Shown piece by piece: positions 1 to 9,781 of a DNA stretch of 64,000 nucleotides (positions are counted from its first letter, which is position 1; each line of letters opens with the position of its first letter). The stretch lies in sequence record MW749006.1; one strand, written 5' to 3'. Under the pieces are notes generated by a model. The model saw only the letters and a list, made by a program, of their open reading frames with translations, searched no databases and was not told the DNA's origin. A program made the translations under genes and the position numbers.

Positions 1-1244
1 ATCTCTACGTCAGTTCCATATAAACTAGACTTAATAGAACCATAGATCTCCTTCTCAAGAACATCCTTATACATATCAAACAAACCATTAACATCTAGGT
101 TAGAGTTCTGATCAGATACAAGGTTGTTGTAAGCCTTCTGAGTGGGAGTTAAGCTAGCACCTGGGTTCATACTCATCATAGTGTTAACTTGCTTAAGAGA
201 GTTATCACCAGCCTCTAGGTTAAGAGGACGACCTGACTCATCTAACAAAACAAAGTAACCTAAATGTTCAGCACGATCACCTGGAACAAACACTGGAATG
301 ATAGACTCAGTGGGAATCTTCATTACCATAGGACGACCCATAGACTTACGAGCAGTAGCGTCTTTCTGTTTAATGAACTCAATCGACTTACCAGAAGGAG
401 TAGATTGTTTATTACGGAAGATATCTAAGTACTGGATCTTGTCACGTGTCTCCATAGACACTCCAACACCACCACGCATTGAGTTACGAATCAATTTAGA
501 GTTGATGTCATCTCGTATACAACTAAAACGTAAGATGTTAGTGTTGTCAGTTACATGGATCAGTTTGTTAGATACTAAGTTATTACAAATACCTTCAAAT
601 GAGACTTCTGGTTTATCAACACCGTTCTTAATAATACTAGTCATGTTAATAGGGCTAACTAGATTACGAACTAACTGTTCAGCCCGGTTGTTGAAGTCTT
701 CAGTTGAGTAGGTAGTAACTAAGTCAGAGTTAATGACTTCATCTACAGAGGCTTCAGGGATGATTACCTGTACATAAGCTCCTGAGTCAAACAACGCCTC
801 ACGAATGATATCAGGGAGTTTATCCTCTAACTCATAGTGATCATTAGCGTGGTTCTTAATCGTCTCTAGAACGTCTGCTAAGATAGCTGGATCATTCTTA
901 AAGTCTTTACTTAGTTTGTAGTTGAGTTGAATGTCAGTCATCTTCTTAGGTGAAAGAATAGAACTCACAATAACCTGAATAGCTAATTCGATATCAGGGA
1001 ACAACTTAATAATGTTCTTATTGTTTTCCTTGAGGGATTTAATTCTAAGATGAATATCCTCCAAGATACTACGATTAATCTCAAAGTTATCTTCTTCAAT
1101 GTTAGAAGCAACTTCAGGACGGGATGTTAACTTAGAAATAACCGGAATAGCCTTTGGGTTACTCTCGATGATCTTCTTAGCTGCAACGCGTTTACTTTTG
1201 TTCTTACCGATGATATCTATAAGACTATTGGGGTTAATAGGCAT
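1..1244 (-). CDS. Portal-like virion protein, phiKZ gp129 family (partial, runs off window start)
   Basis: Not in ORF track because no stop lies in the window. ATG at 1244 with GGAG RBS. The stretches I translated are open: MPINPNSLID...LFPDIELAIQVIVSSILSPKKM...GAYVQVIIPEASVDEVIN...GRPMVMKIPTESIIPVFVPG...HLGYFVLLDESGRP. These motifs recall phiKZ-like portal proteins. Confidence 0.7.
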   Translation of the reverse strand, partial: MPINPNSLIDIIGKNKSKRVAAKKIIESNPKAIPVISKLTSRPEVASNIEEDNFEINRSILEDIHLRIKSLKENNKNIIKLFPDIELAIQVIVSSILSPKKMTDIQLNYKLSKDFKNDPAILADVLETIKNHANDHYELEDKLPDIIREALFDSGAYVQVIIPEASVDEVINSDLVTTYSTEDFNNRAEQLVRNLVSPINMTSIIKNGVDKPEVSFEGICNNLVSNKLIHVTDNTNILRFSCIRDDINSKLIRNSMRGGVGVSMETRDKIQYLDIFRNKQSTPSGKSIEFIKQKDATARKSMGRPMVMKIPTESIIPVFVPGDRAEHLGYFVLLDESGRPLNLEAGDNSLKQVNTMMSMNPGASLTPTQKAYNNLVSDQNSNLDVNGLFDMYKDVLEKEIYGSIKSSLYGTDVE

Positions 1245-1363
1245 CTGTTTTACTCCTGTTGAGTTTCAAACGATTTTAGGTATAGTTTAAAAGCAATACT
1301 AGGGAATTGAATTTAGTGGTTACTAGAATACCTATTTGGTTAAGAGTTTTAGGAGAACGAATC

Positions 1364-3211
1364 ATGCGTATTAAAAGTTATGTAGACGGTGGACATGCCG
1401 GACAAGGTATCTTCACTTCACAAGGTGCAAGTCTTACTGGTCCATTGATTCTAGCTGGTGATCCAGTAGAACCTATGGAAGCTACTAGTAAGCAATATGT
1501 AGATCAGAACAATCAAGATTTAATTAGTCAAGGTGTTACTGCTGAGGGTTTTGTTAAAGGTGGAGTTGCACCTGCTGTGTTACCAGCGTTTAGTGGTGAT
1601 GTAAGTAACGTTCAAGGTAGTAATGTATTTAACTTACCTGAGTCAGGTGTTATGTCTGGCACTTATCCTAAGGTAGAAGTTAATGCTAAAGGTTTAGTTG
1701 TTGATGGTGGTTCTTTACTTGAGACTGATATCCCTACGTTACCTTGGGGTAAGATCACAAGTGGTCGTCCTACCAGTGTTAGTGGTTTAGGTATTGAAGA
1801 CTTACTTGGTTATGAAGGTGGTGAGCTAACAGGATTGATGGAAGCACATGCTGATCCAGTGAGCCCTAAGAACCCAAGTACTGTTGGTTACATTCGTGGT
1901 AAAGCTGAAACCTATCCTGATATTTTACAAGTAGGAGATATTATTGAGAAACCAACTATCGTGACTCCGTTTGGGTTTTTGAAAGCTAATGGTGGTTTAG
2001 TTAGTAAAGAAATGTATGCTGATTTGTATGCTGTTATTGGTGATAAGTTTAATAATCCACTAATTCAGTCTAATAGTAGAAGTTGGTCCGATCAATATAA
2101 CTTTAACTTTGAGACAAATGGAAATTTAGATGTATGGACTGAAGAAACTCCTTTTCCGTTTGATATAAGATCATCAACTTTATTTACTGTAAACGATTAT
2201 GTATATATAAAGATAGGACAAAAGGGGCTTCACCTATCGGATGAAATATATAGAACTAAATTAATTGGTGGGAATTTAAGTACCTCGTGGGAATTAGTGG
2301 GGACTTACCCGTTAAAAGGACATCATTCTACCGTAGTGGTTTTTAAGGATAAAGTATACCTAATAGGTAACGGCTGGCAGCAAACTACCAATAAAATTTA
2401 TTCCTCTAGCTTAAATAGCGATGGATCTATTTCATCTTGGACAGTTATTTCTGAATTACCTTACCCAATTACAGCCTGTAAAGCTGTAATATATAATAAC
2501 CGATTATACGTTATTGGGGGGTGGACTGGTGCTAATTCTTCTAATAAAATAATTAGCTCTGCGTTAGATTACGATGGTAATTTACTTAGTTGGAGGGAAG
2601 AAACCCATTCTCTTGAAGGTTTAACCGGAGTTGGAGTTTGTCTTATTAATAATAAACTGTATTTATTTGGTGGGTCAACCTATATAACTGATGTATCTCC
2701 ATCAAAAAAATGTTACTATTTTGAGTTTGATGAAAACGGAAGCTTAGGAGAGTTTACACAAGTTGAAGATTTACCAGAAGTAATAGGAATCGGTGTAATA
2801 ATTAGCACCAATAAAGAACTTTACTTCTTTGGTGGCGCTGTTTCTGAAATAGTCGATTCTAAAATTACTAATGATCTATCAAATAAAATTTATAAAAATA
2901 CAATAAATAATGATGGTACTATAAATGATTGGAATTTAGCAGGTACTTTACCAGTAAAAATAGATGACCCTAGACTTTTAATAACTAGTAAGAAACTTTA
3001 CATTATTGGAGGTACTGTAGAAAATCCTTTAGCGGGAGGTTCAAGAGTAGCAACCTCAAAAATATATTCTACTCCCTTTCAAGGAGGTAAAGATAATTAT
3101 AATCAATATTTCAATGAAATAAAACCAACTGACATTTATGATTACAAATTTAGATTACCTGAATTCATCAATAACCCAAAATCTAATATATATACCTACT
3201 TAAAGTACTAA
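1364..3211 (+). CDS. Tail fibre/receptor-binding protein: fibre repeats, split tail-collar domain and six-blade Kelch propeller
   Basis: ATG 1364 after AGGAG (track start 1307 lacks an RBS). Contains TGPLILAGDPVEPMEATSKQYVD fibre repeat, GTYPKVEVNAKG motif, collar-like GFLKANGGLVSKEMYADLYAVIG...FRLPEF and six Kelch-like (V/L)Y(V/L/I/F)(I/F)GG-type repeats. Confidence 0.7.
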   Translation: MRIKSYVDGGHAGQGIFTSQGASLTGPLILAGDPVEPMEATSKQYVDQNNQDLISQGVTAEGFVKGGVAPAVLPAFSGDVSNVQGSNVFNLPESGVMSGTYPKVEVNAKGLVVDGGSLLETDIPTLPWGKITSGRPTSVSGLGIEDLLGYEGGELTGLMEAHADPVSPKNPSTVGYIRGKAETYPDILQVGDIIEKPTIVTPFGFLKANGGLVSKEMYADLYAVIGDKFNNPLIQSNSRSWSDQYNFNFETNGNLDVWTEETPFPFDIRSSTLFTVNDYVYIKIGQKGLHLSDEIYRTKLIGGNLSTSWELVGTYPLKGHHSTVVVFKDKVYLIGNGWQQTTNKIYSSSLNSDGSISSWTVISELPYPITACKAVIYNNRLYVIGGWTGANSSNKIISSALDYDGNLLSWREETHSLEGLTGVGVCLINNKLYLFGGSTYITDVSPSKKCYYFEFDENGSLGEFTQVEDLPEVIGIGVIISTNKELYFFGGAVSEIVDSKITNDLSNKIYKNTINNDGTINDWNLAGTLPVKIDDPRLLITSKKLYIIGGTVENPLAGGSRVATSKIYSTPFQGGKDNYNQYFNEIKPTDIYDYKFRLPEFINNPKSNIYTYLKY

Positions 3212-3223
3212 TCTCCACAATAA

Positions 3224-3261
3224 CACCAGAGAGCCTCCGGGTTCTCTGGTGGTTTCTTTTT
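3224..3261 (+). terminator. Intrinsic terminator
   Basis: CACCAGAGAG/TTCTCTGGTG stem followed by GTTTCTTTTT, just after the fibre gene. Confidence 0.75.
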
Positions 3262-3307
3262 CACTCTACTCTGAATTCTCTGAACCTATTCCCAAGGGAG
3301 ATTTAAT

Positions 3308-5491
3308 GTGTCTACCTCCATCACAGAAGACATCCTCTCCTCCAATAGACTCTATACTGATACCTACCTAAAGAACACTATTAACTTAACAAAGTCTATA
3401 GTGATTAAGAATGACAAAGAAGCTCGTCTCTATAACGATTACATAGGACAAGCTTTCCCAACTCACAAGGTAGATACGACTAACAGAGCTACCTGGAGAT
3501 ATTACAAACATCTCTCTGGACAACATCATCCAGTAGACACTCCTATGGAACTCATCTCCATAGACAACGGTACAGTAATACCACTCACACTAAACACCAT
3601 AGCTCTCAATAAGAACACGCATAAAGAACTTCTACAGTTCAGTTATTACTATCAAGAACTAGTGGATAAGTATCCTGATCAAGAACTACTCATACGTTCT
3701 ATAATCACTACTACTCCAAAGAAAACACCACAACAAATCATAGACTTAGAAGACTACACTATAGTAGGATACAACTCCCAACTAGTAGAGTCTAACGAAG
3801 ACGAGATAATCTATAAACTACAAGACAGAATCAATAACTATAAAGTAACACAACTCTTACATCAATACACTACAACAGACTCACTCTTCTTAGCATCTCA
3901 GTATCACGTACTCTACTCTTATATAGTAACCACATTACTATCCCTACGACTAGAGAACGCTAAGACACCAAGAGCACACAGTTACCACATTCTAAACTAC
4001 TTATCCTCACATCACTACTTAGATACTCAATACAGACATCTAAGTAAAAGACAAGCTCTCTATCTATATCGTAACTTACTCTTCCTGAACAACCACTCAG
4101 GTGCTAACCATGTACAAGAATCACTCATAGAGAATCTCTTCAACGAAAGAAACATCTCCGTAGTGAACTACAGGTATGAGCAAACCAATCAACTAAACTC
4201 AGACGGTTCAATGAAGTACTTCTTTAAACAGAAACTCATGAACAAGAAAGATTTAGTTTATAGTCAGAGTAACTACCAGTTAGAAGAACTATCTAACCGT
4301 GAGATCACTCAAGCTAAGAGTAACAAAGCTACCTATGAGTACGAGCGTGAAGATGTAAACAATAAACTACTCTACACTCTCTCTAACAAACTACTTACTA
4401 AAGACCTAGAAACAATCATCACAGACGTTACTGATACAGTCAAGTATAAACTCATTGCTACTATGATAGACTACTGGGCATACTTAGTTAAGATTAAGTC
4501 CATTAACTTCCTAGTGAGTGTTACAGACCCAATCAACAACGTTACTGTACAACTATTAACTGAAGATCTATTCAAACTCTATACGTTACTCCTCTTCAAG
4601 GCTAACAACTTAGAGTTATCTCACTTCCCTAACTATCAAGTAGATCGAGTATTCAAACCAGTCTTACCTGAGACAGATGAGTTACTCAAAACCTACTACA
4701 AACCACATTACTATCATAAAGATCTGATTACCGAGATCAAGTCAGCTATACCTAGATACACTAACATCACAACGGCTTTCCAGTTTAGTGAGTTTGTTTC
4801 TGAGGTCTATCAACTCAATATCGGTCTATGGTTATTAGAAAGTAATCTCCACGACAAAGACGATAACGGACAAACACTTAACACTATAGGTAATCTCCAC
4901 ACCACTGACACTTTAGTCTTATCTGAAGAAACACCAGAAGACTTTCTACGTCGTATAGGTATGGAAGAGTTATATGTGTATCCTGTAGATGTTATTGAAT
5001 CTATGTCTTATAGTATCTTAGATAGTTTATTCGATAATAAGTTAGACTTCCTTAATAAGTTTAAACACATACAGAAAGCTTTAGTTACTGTCTTTAAGAA
5101 GTTCACAAGTTACACTACTCAGATGTTAGATGACTATAGTTATGAGTCTTCTATTTTAGCAGGCACTAAGGATACCCGTGTTACTATAGATGAGAATATA
5201 CTTAGCTATGGTTTTGTTCAACTCGCTACTCCCTTAACAGTTGATATGAAATACAGGTTAAAGGATAAAGAGACTCTAAGGTTTAAGAGTGAGATACATC
5301 ATTCCAACTCTTACTACAGTGAAGTTTATCTTCCTGTCGTGCCTACTCAAGAGTTTACTTTCCGTAAACGAAGTAATGTGTTTGTTCACATCACACCAAG
5401 ACCTGTATACATTCAACCATCTGAGAGTTGGATAGCAACACCATCCACTAGAGAACATTCAAACTTCTTAGCTTTCAATCCTTTAGATTAA
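3308..5491 (+). CDS. phiKZ-like virion structural protein (gp128-like, probable baseplate/tail)
   Basis: 727 aa; motif WRYYKHLSGQHHPVDTPMELISID recalled from phiKZ-like structural proteins; syntenic with the portal-like gene. Confidence 0.55.
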   Translation: MSTSITEDILSSNRLYTDTYLKNTINLTKSIVIKNDKEARLYNDYIGQAFPTHKVDTTNRATWRYYKHLSGQHHPVDTPMELISIDNGTVIPLTLNTIALNKNTHKELLQFSYYYQELVDKYPDQELLIRSIITTTPKKTPQQIIDLEDYTIVGYNSQLVESNEDEIIYKLQDRINNYKVTQLLHQYTTTDSLFLASQYHVLYSYIVTTLLSLRLENAKTPRAHSYHILNYLSSHHYLDTQYRHLSKRQALYLYRNLLFLNNHSGANHVQESLIENLFNERNISVVNYRYEQTNQLNSDGSMKYFFKQKLMNKKDLVYSQSNYQLEELSNREITQAKSNKATYEYEREDVNNKLLYTLSNKLLTKDLETIITDVTDTVKYKLIATMIDYWAYLVKIKSINFLVSVTDPINNVTVQLLTEDLFKLYTLLLFKANNLELSHFPNYQVDRVFKPVLPETDELLKTYYKPHYYHKDLITEIKSAIPRYTNITTAFQFSEFVSEVYQLNIGLWLLESNLHDKDDNGQTLNTIGNLHTTDTLVLSEETPEDFLRRIGMEELYVYPVDVIESMSYSILDSLFDNKLDFLNKFKHIQKALVTVFKKFTSYTTQMLDDYSYESSILAGTKDTRVTIDENILSYGFVQLATPLTVDMKYRLKDKETLRFKSEIHHSNSYYSEVYLPVVPTQEFTFRKRSNVFVHITPRPVYIQPSESWIATPSTREHSNFLAFNPLD

Positions 5492-5507
5492 CTCCCAGGA
5501 GAAAACC

Positions 5508-6341
5508 ATGGAATCAACAGTAAGAACAATCTACGGTAGTCACATTGAAACATGTCGTCGATTAAATCGTCCTTTCAACGTACTACCTAACTCTACTCTT
5601 AACCAGAAGTTTAGTGTTCACGAGAATACCTTACCTGGACCTAATGAGTACCCCGTAATGGGATACATCGCTATCGGTAACAAAGGTGCTTCTTATGAAG
5701 TAACTGCTGATAATTATGTATTAACTACACCACTACCTCACTTACCACGGGACGCTAGTTTATATAACTTCTTACCGTTTGTAATTCGTACTACTGACAA
5801 TGATTTAGATTCAGCAGAACGAATGAAGTATCGTGTCCGTGTACCTATGGTGATCAATGGTACTAACTACGTAGCTTACTACCTGAAGACTTTACCTATC
5901 GCTAACGTAATTCCTACAGTCGAACTACGTAACGTTAACGGTGACAGTATTACTTCAGCAGTATTCACTCCTAGTGTATCTGATCTATCTCCTACTCCTC
6001 CAGATATCTCAACTACTAACCTGAACAATCCTTCAGGTGACTACTTAGTATCTACTGCTAAGGTAGAGTTTGTTCTAGATCAAGTAGATATCAGTAACAT
6101 CATGGATGCTTGTGCTATCCTTTACGGTGATCCTCGTTACGCTGTTATTAACGAGATTGCTTTATGCACTGGAGTTGATAAAGTAGTACAAGGTACGTTC
6201 GGTGGAACCACATCTAACTACACTGATACTATCGCAACACAGGTAGCAGCTTTCATTTCACAATACCATGCGTTATCTCCTTCTACTACGGAAGTGCGGA
6301 TTACCTTGGATATTGGTGCAGTAGAACCTCTCCTAGTGTAA
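5508..6341 (+). CDS. phiKZ-like virion structural protein
   Basis: 277 aa, GGAG RBS; LNQKF...YIAIGNKG...LYNFLPFVIRTTDNDL...R motifs typical of a conserved jumbo-phage structural protein. Confidence 0.55.
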   Translation: MESTVRTIYGSHIETCRRLNRPFNVLPNSTLNQKFSVHENTLPGPNEYPVMGYIAIGNKGASYEVTADNYVLTTPLPHLPRDASLYNFLPFVIRTTDNDLDSAERMKYRVRVPMVINGTNYVAYYLKTLPIANVIPTVELRNVNGDSITSAVFTPSVSDLSPTPPDISTTNLNNPSGDYLVSTAKVEFVLDQVDISNIMDACAILYGDPRYAVINEIALCTGVDKVVQGTFGGTTSNYTDTIATQVAAFISQYHALSPSTTEVRITLDIGAVEPLLV

Positions 6342-6346
6342 CATCA

Positions 6347-6381
6347 CCACCACTCGGATCAACGTCCGGGTGGTGGCTTTA
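6347..6381 (+). terminator. Intrinsic terminator-like hairpin
   Basis: CCACCACTCGGA/TCCGGGTGGTGG stem followed by CTTTA. Confidence 0.6.
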
Positions 6382-6433
6382 TTGGGTATATCTAGCATTT
6401 TGTGAAGCGCCCATATACACCAAGGAGAATACA

Positions 6434-6964
6434 GTGTTTTTATCCATTGATCCCGGCATCAACATGTGTGGTATAGCAGTTGTAAAAAGCCAAGGTAATA
6501 AATTAGAAGTATTAGAAACACATCTGGTTAAGAACGCTCGTAAGTTCACCGACGCAGAAAAAGAACTAGAAGTCTTACATGGTACTCGTTACGTTAAAGT
6601 AATGGCTATCATTAATAAGCTTACTGAACTATTAGATAAACATAAGACTAAGTTATTAGTTATTGAAGCACCTTTTTATTCAGCTTTAACACCAGTTGCC
6701 TTCGGGTCATTGCTAGAAGTTATCCTAGCTATTAAATACACTACTGCTATTGAACGTAAGTTAGAACTCTCTATGGTAGAACCTACTTTAGTTAAGAAGA
6801 TCTTCACAGGACACGGACGCGCTAAGAAAGACATGATGAAAGAATATGCTATCAGTCTAAAGTTAAATGGTGTACTTGTTACTGATGTGGATTTCTCACT
6901 CATTTCTGAACACGAAATAGACGCAGTTGCTGTTGCTTATACCTACGTTAATAAACCAAACTAG
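6434..6964 (+). CDS. ruvC: RuvC-like Holliday junction resolvase
   Basis: GTG start after AGGAG; LSIDPG, VIEAPF, EPTLVKK...G.GRAKKD and EHEIDAVAVA catalytic motifs. Confidence 0.9.
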   Translation: MFLSIDPGINMCGIAVVKSQGNKLEVLETHLVKNARKFTDAEKELEVLHGTRYVKVMAIINKLTELLDKHKTKLLVIEAPFYSALTPVAFGSLLEVILAIKYTTAIERKLELSMVEPTLVKKIFTGHGRAKKDMMKEYAISLKLNGVLVTDVDFSLISEHEIDAVAVAYTYVNKPN

Positions 6965-6975
6965 GAAGTTCCTGT

Positions 6976-7455
6976 ATGTACGCAATCATTCTTAAGTTCA
7001 TCAAAGATAAACTATTCTCACCGTCTGGTATAGTTCTATTAGGTTTTGGTGCTATCATCTTTTTGTTTCTAGCTTATAACGGAGACACTGTTCTATCTAA
7101 GTTTGGTTTCGAGACTAAGTCTTCTCTTAAAGGAGATTTGATCCAAGCTAAAGCAGATCTTAAAACTCTTAAAGAAGTTAACGAAGACTTAGTGTTTAAG
7201 ATAGATACATTAGAAGCAGATAAGAAAGTTACTGTAGAGGTATTAGAAGAACTCTATAATAAGAAAGCTCAAACCAAAGACACTGTAACAGAAGTACTTA
7301 AACAAAGAGACCAACAAGAGGTAGAGAATAGAAAGACTCTGAAGGCTGCTACAGTCGTTACAGAGACAACTATCACTATGCCTAAGGTTAACTACGAACG
7401 TGCCTCTAGAAGCAATATAGAAGCACTACACAACGCATTTGCTTTACTTAACTAG
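6976..7455 (+). CDS. Putative inner-membrane spanin (Rz-like)
   Basis: Single N-terminal TM segment (GIVLLGFGAIIFLFLAY) followed by a long coiled coil; directly upstream of a lipoprotein gene. Confidence 0.6.
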   Translation: MYAIILKFIKDKLFSPSGIVLLGFGAIIFLFLAYNGDTVLSKFGFETKSSLKGDLIQAKADLKTLKEVNEDLVFKIDTLEADKKVTVEVLEELYNKKAQTKDTVTEVLKQRDQQEVENRKTLKAATVVTETTITMPKVNYERASRSNIEALHNAFALLN

Positions 7456-7465
7456 AGTACCCACT

Positions 7466-7762
7466 ATGAAACTTAAATCTTTAGTGTTAATAATCCTTTT
7501 AACTACTTTACAAGGATGTGGTATCTTTATGAAACCAGAACCTATTGTAGTAACTAGAAAGGAAATAGTCCACACTTACATCCCAGATACGTTGTTAGTT
7601 AAATGTCAAGCAAGCAAACCAATTCCTATAGAAGAGTATCTTTCCTTAGATCCGATCGGTAGAGAAACTTACTTAACTAATTATTCAGTCCAATTATTAG
7701 GGGTAATAAAAGACTGCGATGATAGGTTTACTTCTATAGTTAAATTACAACCCAAGAAATAA
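7466..7762 (+). CDS. Putative outer-membrane spanin lipoprotein (Rz1-like)
   Basis: Start at second Met: MKLKSLVLIILLTTLQG|C is a signal peptide II with lipobox LQGC; Pro-rich periplasmic part. Confidence 0.65.
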   Translation: MKLKSLVLIILLTTLQGCGIFMKPEPIVVTRKEIVHTYIPDTLLVKCQASKPIPIEEYLSLDPIGRETYLTNYSVQLLGVIKDCDDRFTSIVKLQPKK

Positions 7763-7801
7763 AAAGAGATAGTCTCCTGTCTCTATAAGGAGTACACATC
7801 A

Positions 7802-8170
7802 ATGCGTGTTAACAGCCAGCTTAAACAAACACTAATAGAGATAGCAGATAAAACAATAGAATATTCTAATGAAGTAGATACTCAACGTAAGTATTTAAGA
7901 AGGATATTAAGAACCTATAAACATACTCTAAAAGAAGAAGAACAAATGTATGTGCTTCGAGTAATATCCGAAATGATACATTATAGAACCATAGCCACTG
8001 ATCCTGAAAACATGATTACGTTAAGTAACATAAAGCTAAGATCTTATCTAACGATCTTTTTGTTATCGTCTGTCTTTATGTTCATGACTTTCTTTCTAGT
8101 TAGTCAAACTAGTTCAGCTTCCTCCATTACTGAGTTCTTTGGTAAGATAATGATAATGTTAACCGACTAG
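7802..8170 (+). CDS. Small membrane protein, candidate holin
   Basis: 122 aa, AGGAG RBS, charged N-terminus and hydrophobic C-terminal TM (YLTIFLLSSVFMFMTFFLV); follows the spanin pair. Confidence 0.35.
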   Translation: MRVNSQLKQTLIEIADKTIEYSNEVDTQRKYLRRILRTYKHTLKEEEQMYVLRVISEMIHYRTIATDPENMITLSNIKLRSYLTIFLLSSVFMFMTFFLVSQTSSASSITEFFGKIMIMLTD

Positions 8171-8181
8171 GAGAATGAAAC

Positions 8182-9165
8182 ATGACAAACAAAGAAGCAA
8201 CATATACCCTAGCGGTCAGAGCAGGATATAAAACTACTCTAACTAGTATGGGTAATAACGTTTATGATGATGAAGCTTATTACAACAAAGGTAACTTCCC
8301 AGATCTAGAAGTAACTCGACCTGGAGTAGATACTGATCTTAGTTTACTGAACTCACATTGTTTAATGACTGTAAACGGTTATATTCATCCTACCGTATAT
8401 CAGAATGAAAGACTATACATTCCCAATGGCTCTAAGTCTTTACTTATCTCTAAAGAAAACCAAGTTGGTATAATTAGCTTCAACAGTCTAGATAAACCAC
8501 TAAAGAAATTACCTGTAGATGCTTCTATGATTACTCCAGAAGGATCCACTCCTCTTTATGACAAATTGATTATTACTTTTGAAAGAGATATAGGGAATTG
8601 TTTCCTAGTTCTAGCTGGCTACATGATCTTTGAACAACCTGAAATATTCTATAGAGTTTCAGCCAATAGTTTCGTTCTTAGATTAGATAGAATCAACTAC
8701 ATCGAGAAACTATATGAACTAAAAAGACAACGTAAGATTTTCCAAGAGTTAGGTATGGAAGAACCTACAGTCAACCCAGATCTGTTAGATTCAACTGTAG
8801 TACGCTCTGACGTTGTTATTCTAATGTTGATGAATCTATTCAATACTTTCCTTGTAGAAGTTCCTTGTAAAAAACTAACTACCACTCCTATATATTTAGA
8901 ACACAGTAATGTTCCTGGTAACTTCAGAACAGAAGTAGAACCTATCTATCCTATTATAGTTGGATACGGTAAACTCACAGAGTACATTAAACGACGTTCT
9001 AACGACGTTAAGTATACCGTCTATACATCAGACTGTCATTACGATAATTACCTCCTGAGTAAGCTTCCAGAGGGTACTATAGGGCTTATTAATAGTAATA
9101 GAGTAGTTGGTAAGACTCATAGGTTAACACAAGCATTCTTTCTTAGAATGAGTATGGAAGAATAA
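8182..9165 (+). CDS. phiKZ-like virion structural protein
   Basis: 327 aa, AGGAG RBS; CLMTVNGYIHPT and FLVLAGYM motifs recalled from jumbo-phage virion proteins. Confidence 0.5.
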   Translation: MTNKEATYTLAVRAGYKTTLTSMGNNVYDDEAYYNKGNFPDLEVTRPGVDTDLSLLNSHCLMTVNGYIHPTVYQNERLYIPNGSKSLLISKENQVGIISFNSLDKPLKKLPVDASMITPEGSTPLYDKLIITFERDIGNCFLVLAGYMIFEQPEIFYRVSANSFVLRLDRINYIEKLYELKRQRKIFQELGMEEPTVNPDLLDSTVVRSDVVILMLMNLFNTFLVEVPCKKLTTTPIYLEHSNVPGNFRTEVEPIYPIIVGYGKLTEYIKRRSNDVKYTVYTSDCHYDNYLLSKLPEGTIGLINSNRVVGKTHRLTQAFFLRMSMEE

Positions 9166-9169
9166 GTAA

Positions 9170-9212
9170 CTACTCCCTCTACCCGTTATAGGTAGAGGGA
9201 GTAGCTTTCTTT
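9170..9212. terminator. Bidirectional terminator between convergent genes
   Basis: 14-bp perfect stem CTACTCCCTCTACC/GGTAGAGGGAGTAG followed by CTTTCTTT. Confidence 0.75.
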
Positions 9213-9678
9213 AAATGAGTCTAAACAAACTCTGCTTGTACACAAGACGGTTCATGTTATCTTCTAGACCCAGTTTCTTATGTATGCAACGCGGTGTGTT
9301 TGAGAGAAGTACATCTATGATTCGTTTGTAATTAGAGTGTAGAGTTTCATCGTCGGCTATTGCTTGCACAACAGACATCTCTTTACCTCTAATAGTGATT
9401 TTCTTGTTTAGAAACTTATCAGACCAAAACCAATGAACAGTGTAACTTGGAAGTTTCATCAACTCATTGTCAAACGAAAAGTGTAATAGAGTTCGTAGTT
9501 TAGTGTCATCAACAACACTCTTATCTAATATAGTATTCCTAATGTGATATATTAAACTTAACATAGATAGAGAAATAAAGATCTTAGATACTCTAGCTGG
9601 TAAGATATAGAAAAACCCAATAGTTAACTGCTTAAGTAAACGTGAGCCTATTGTAGGGGTTGGTTGGATTGGATACAT
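9211..9678 (-). CDS. Hypothetical protein
   Basis: 155 aa ORF filling the gap between the terminator and the divergent promoter region. Confidence 0.65.
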   Translation of the reverse strand: MYPIQPTPTIGSRLLKQLTIGFFYILPARVSKIFISLSMLSLIYHIRNTILDKSVVDDTKLRTLLHFSFDNELMKLPSYTVHWFWSDKFLNKKITIRGKEMSVVQAIADDETLHSNYKRIIDVLLSNTPRCIHKKLGLEDNMNRLVYKQSLFRLI

Positions 9679-9754
9679 AAATGATACCCTTTAGGTGAAT
9701 AGATGGACTTCAATGTATATAGATTTACTATCTACCTTAGGTTATATTATAAGT

Positions 9755-9770
9755 ACATATATAGTAAGTA
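9755..9770 (+). promoter_or_regulatory. Putative phage early promoter motif (ACATATATAGTAAGTA)
   Basis: Same motif recurs at 11787, 29959, 30577, 31721, 34741 (degenerate), 37446 and 41647, always intergenic and upstream of non-structural genes. Confidence 0.6.
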
Positions 9771-9781
9771 GAATAGCTAAT

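Noticed and set aside
298-1290. + strand ORFs 298..711 and 1099..1290
   Set aside because: Antisense shadows of the portal-like gene; no RBS and atypical composition.
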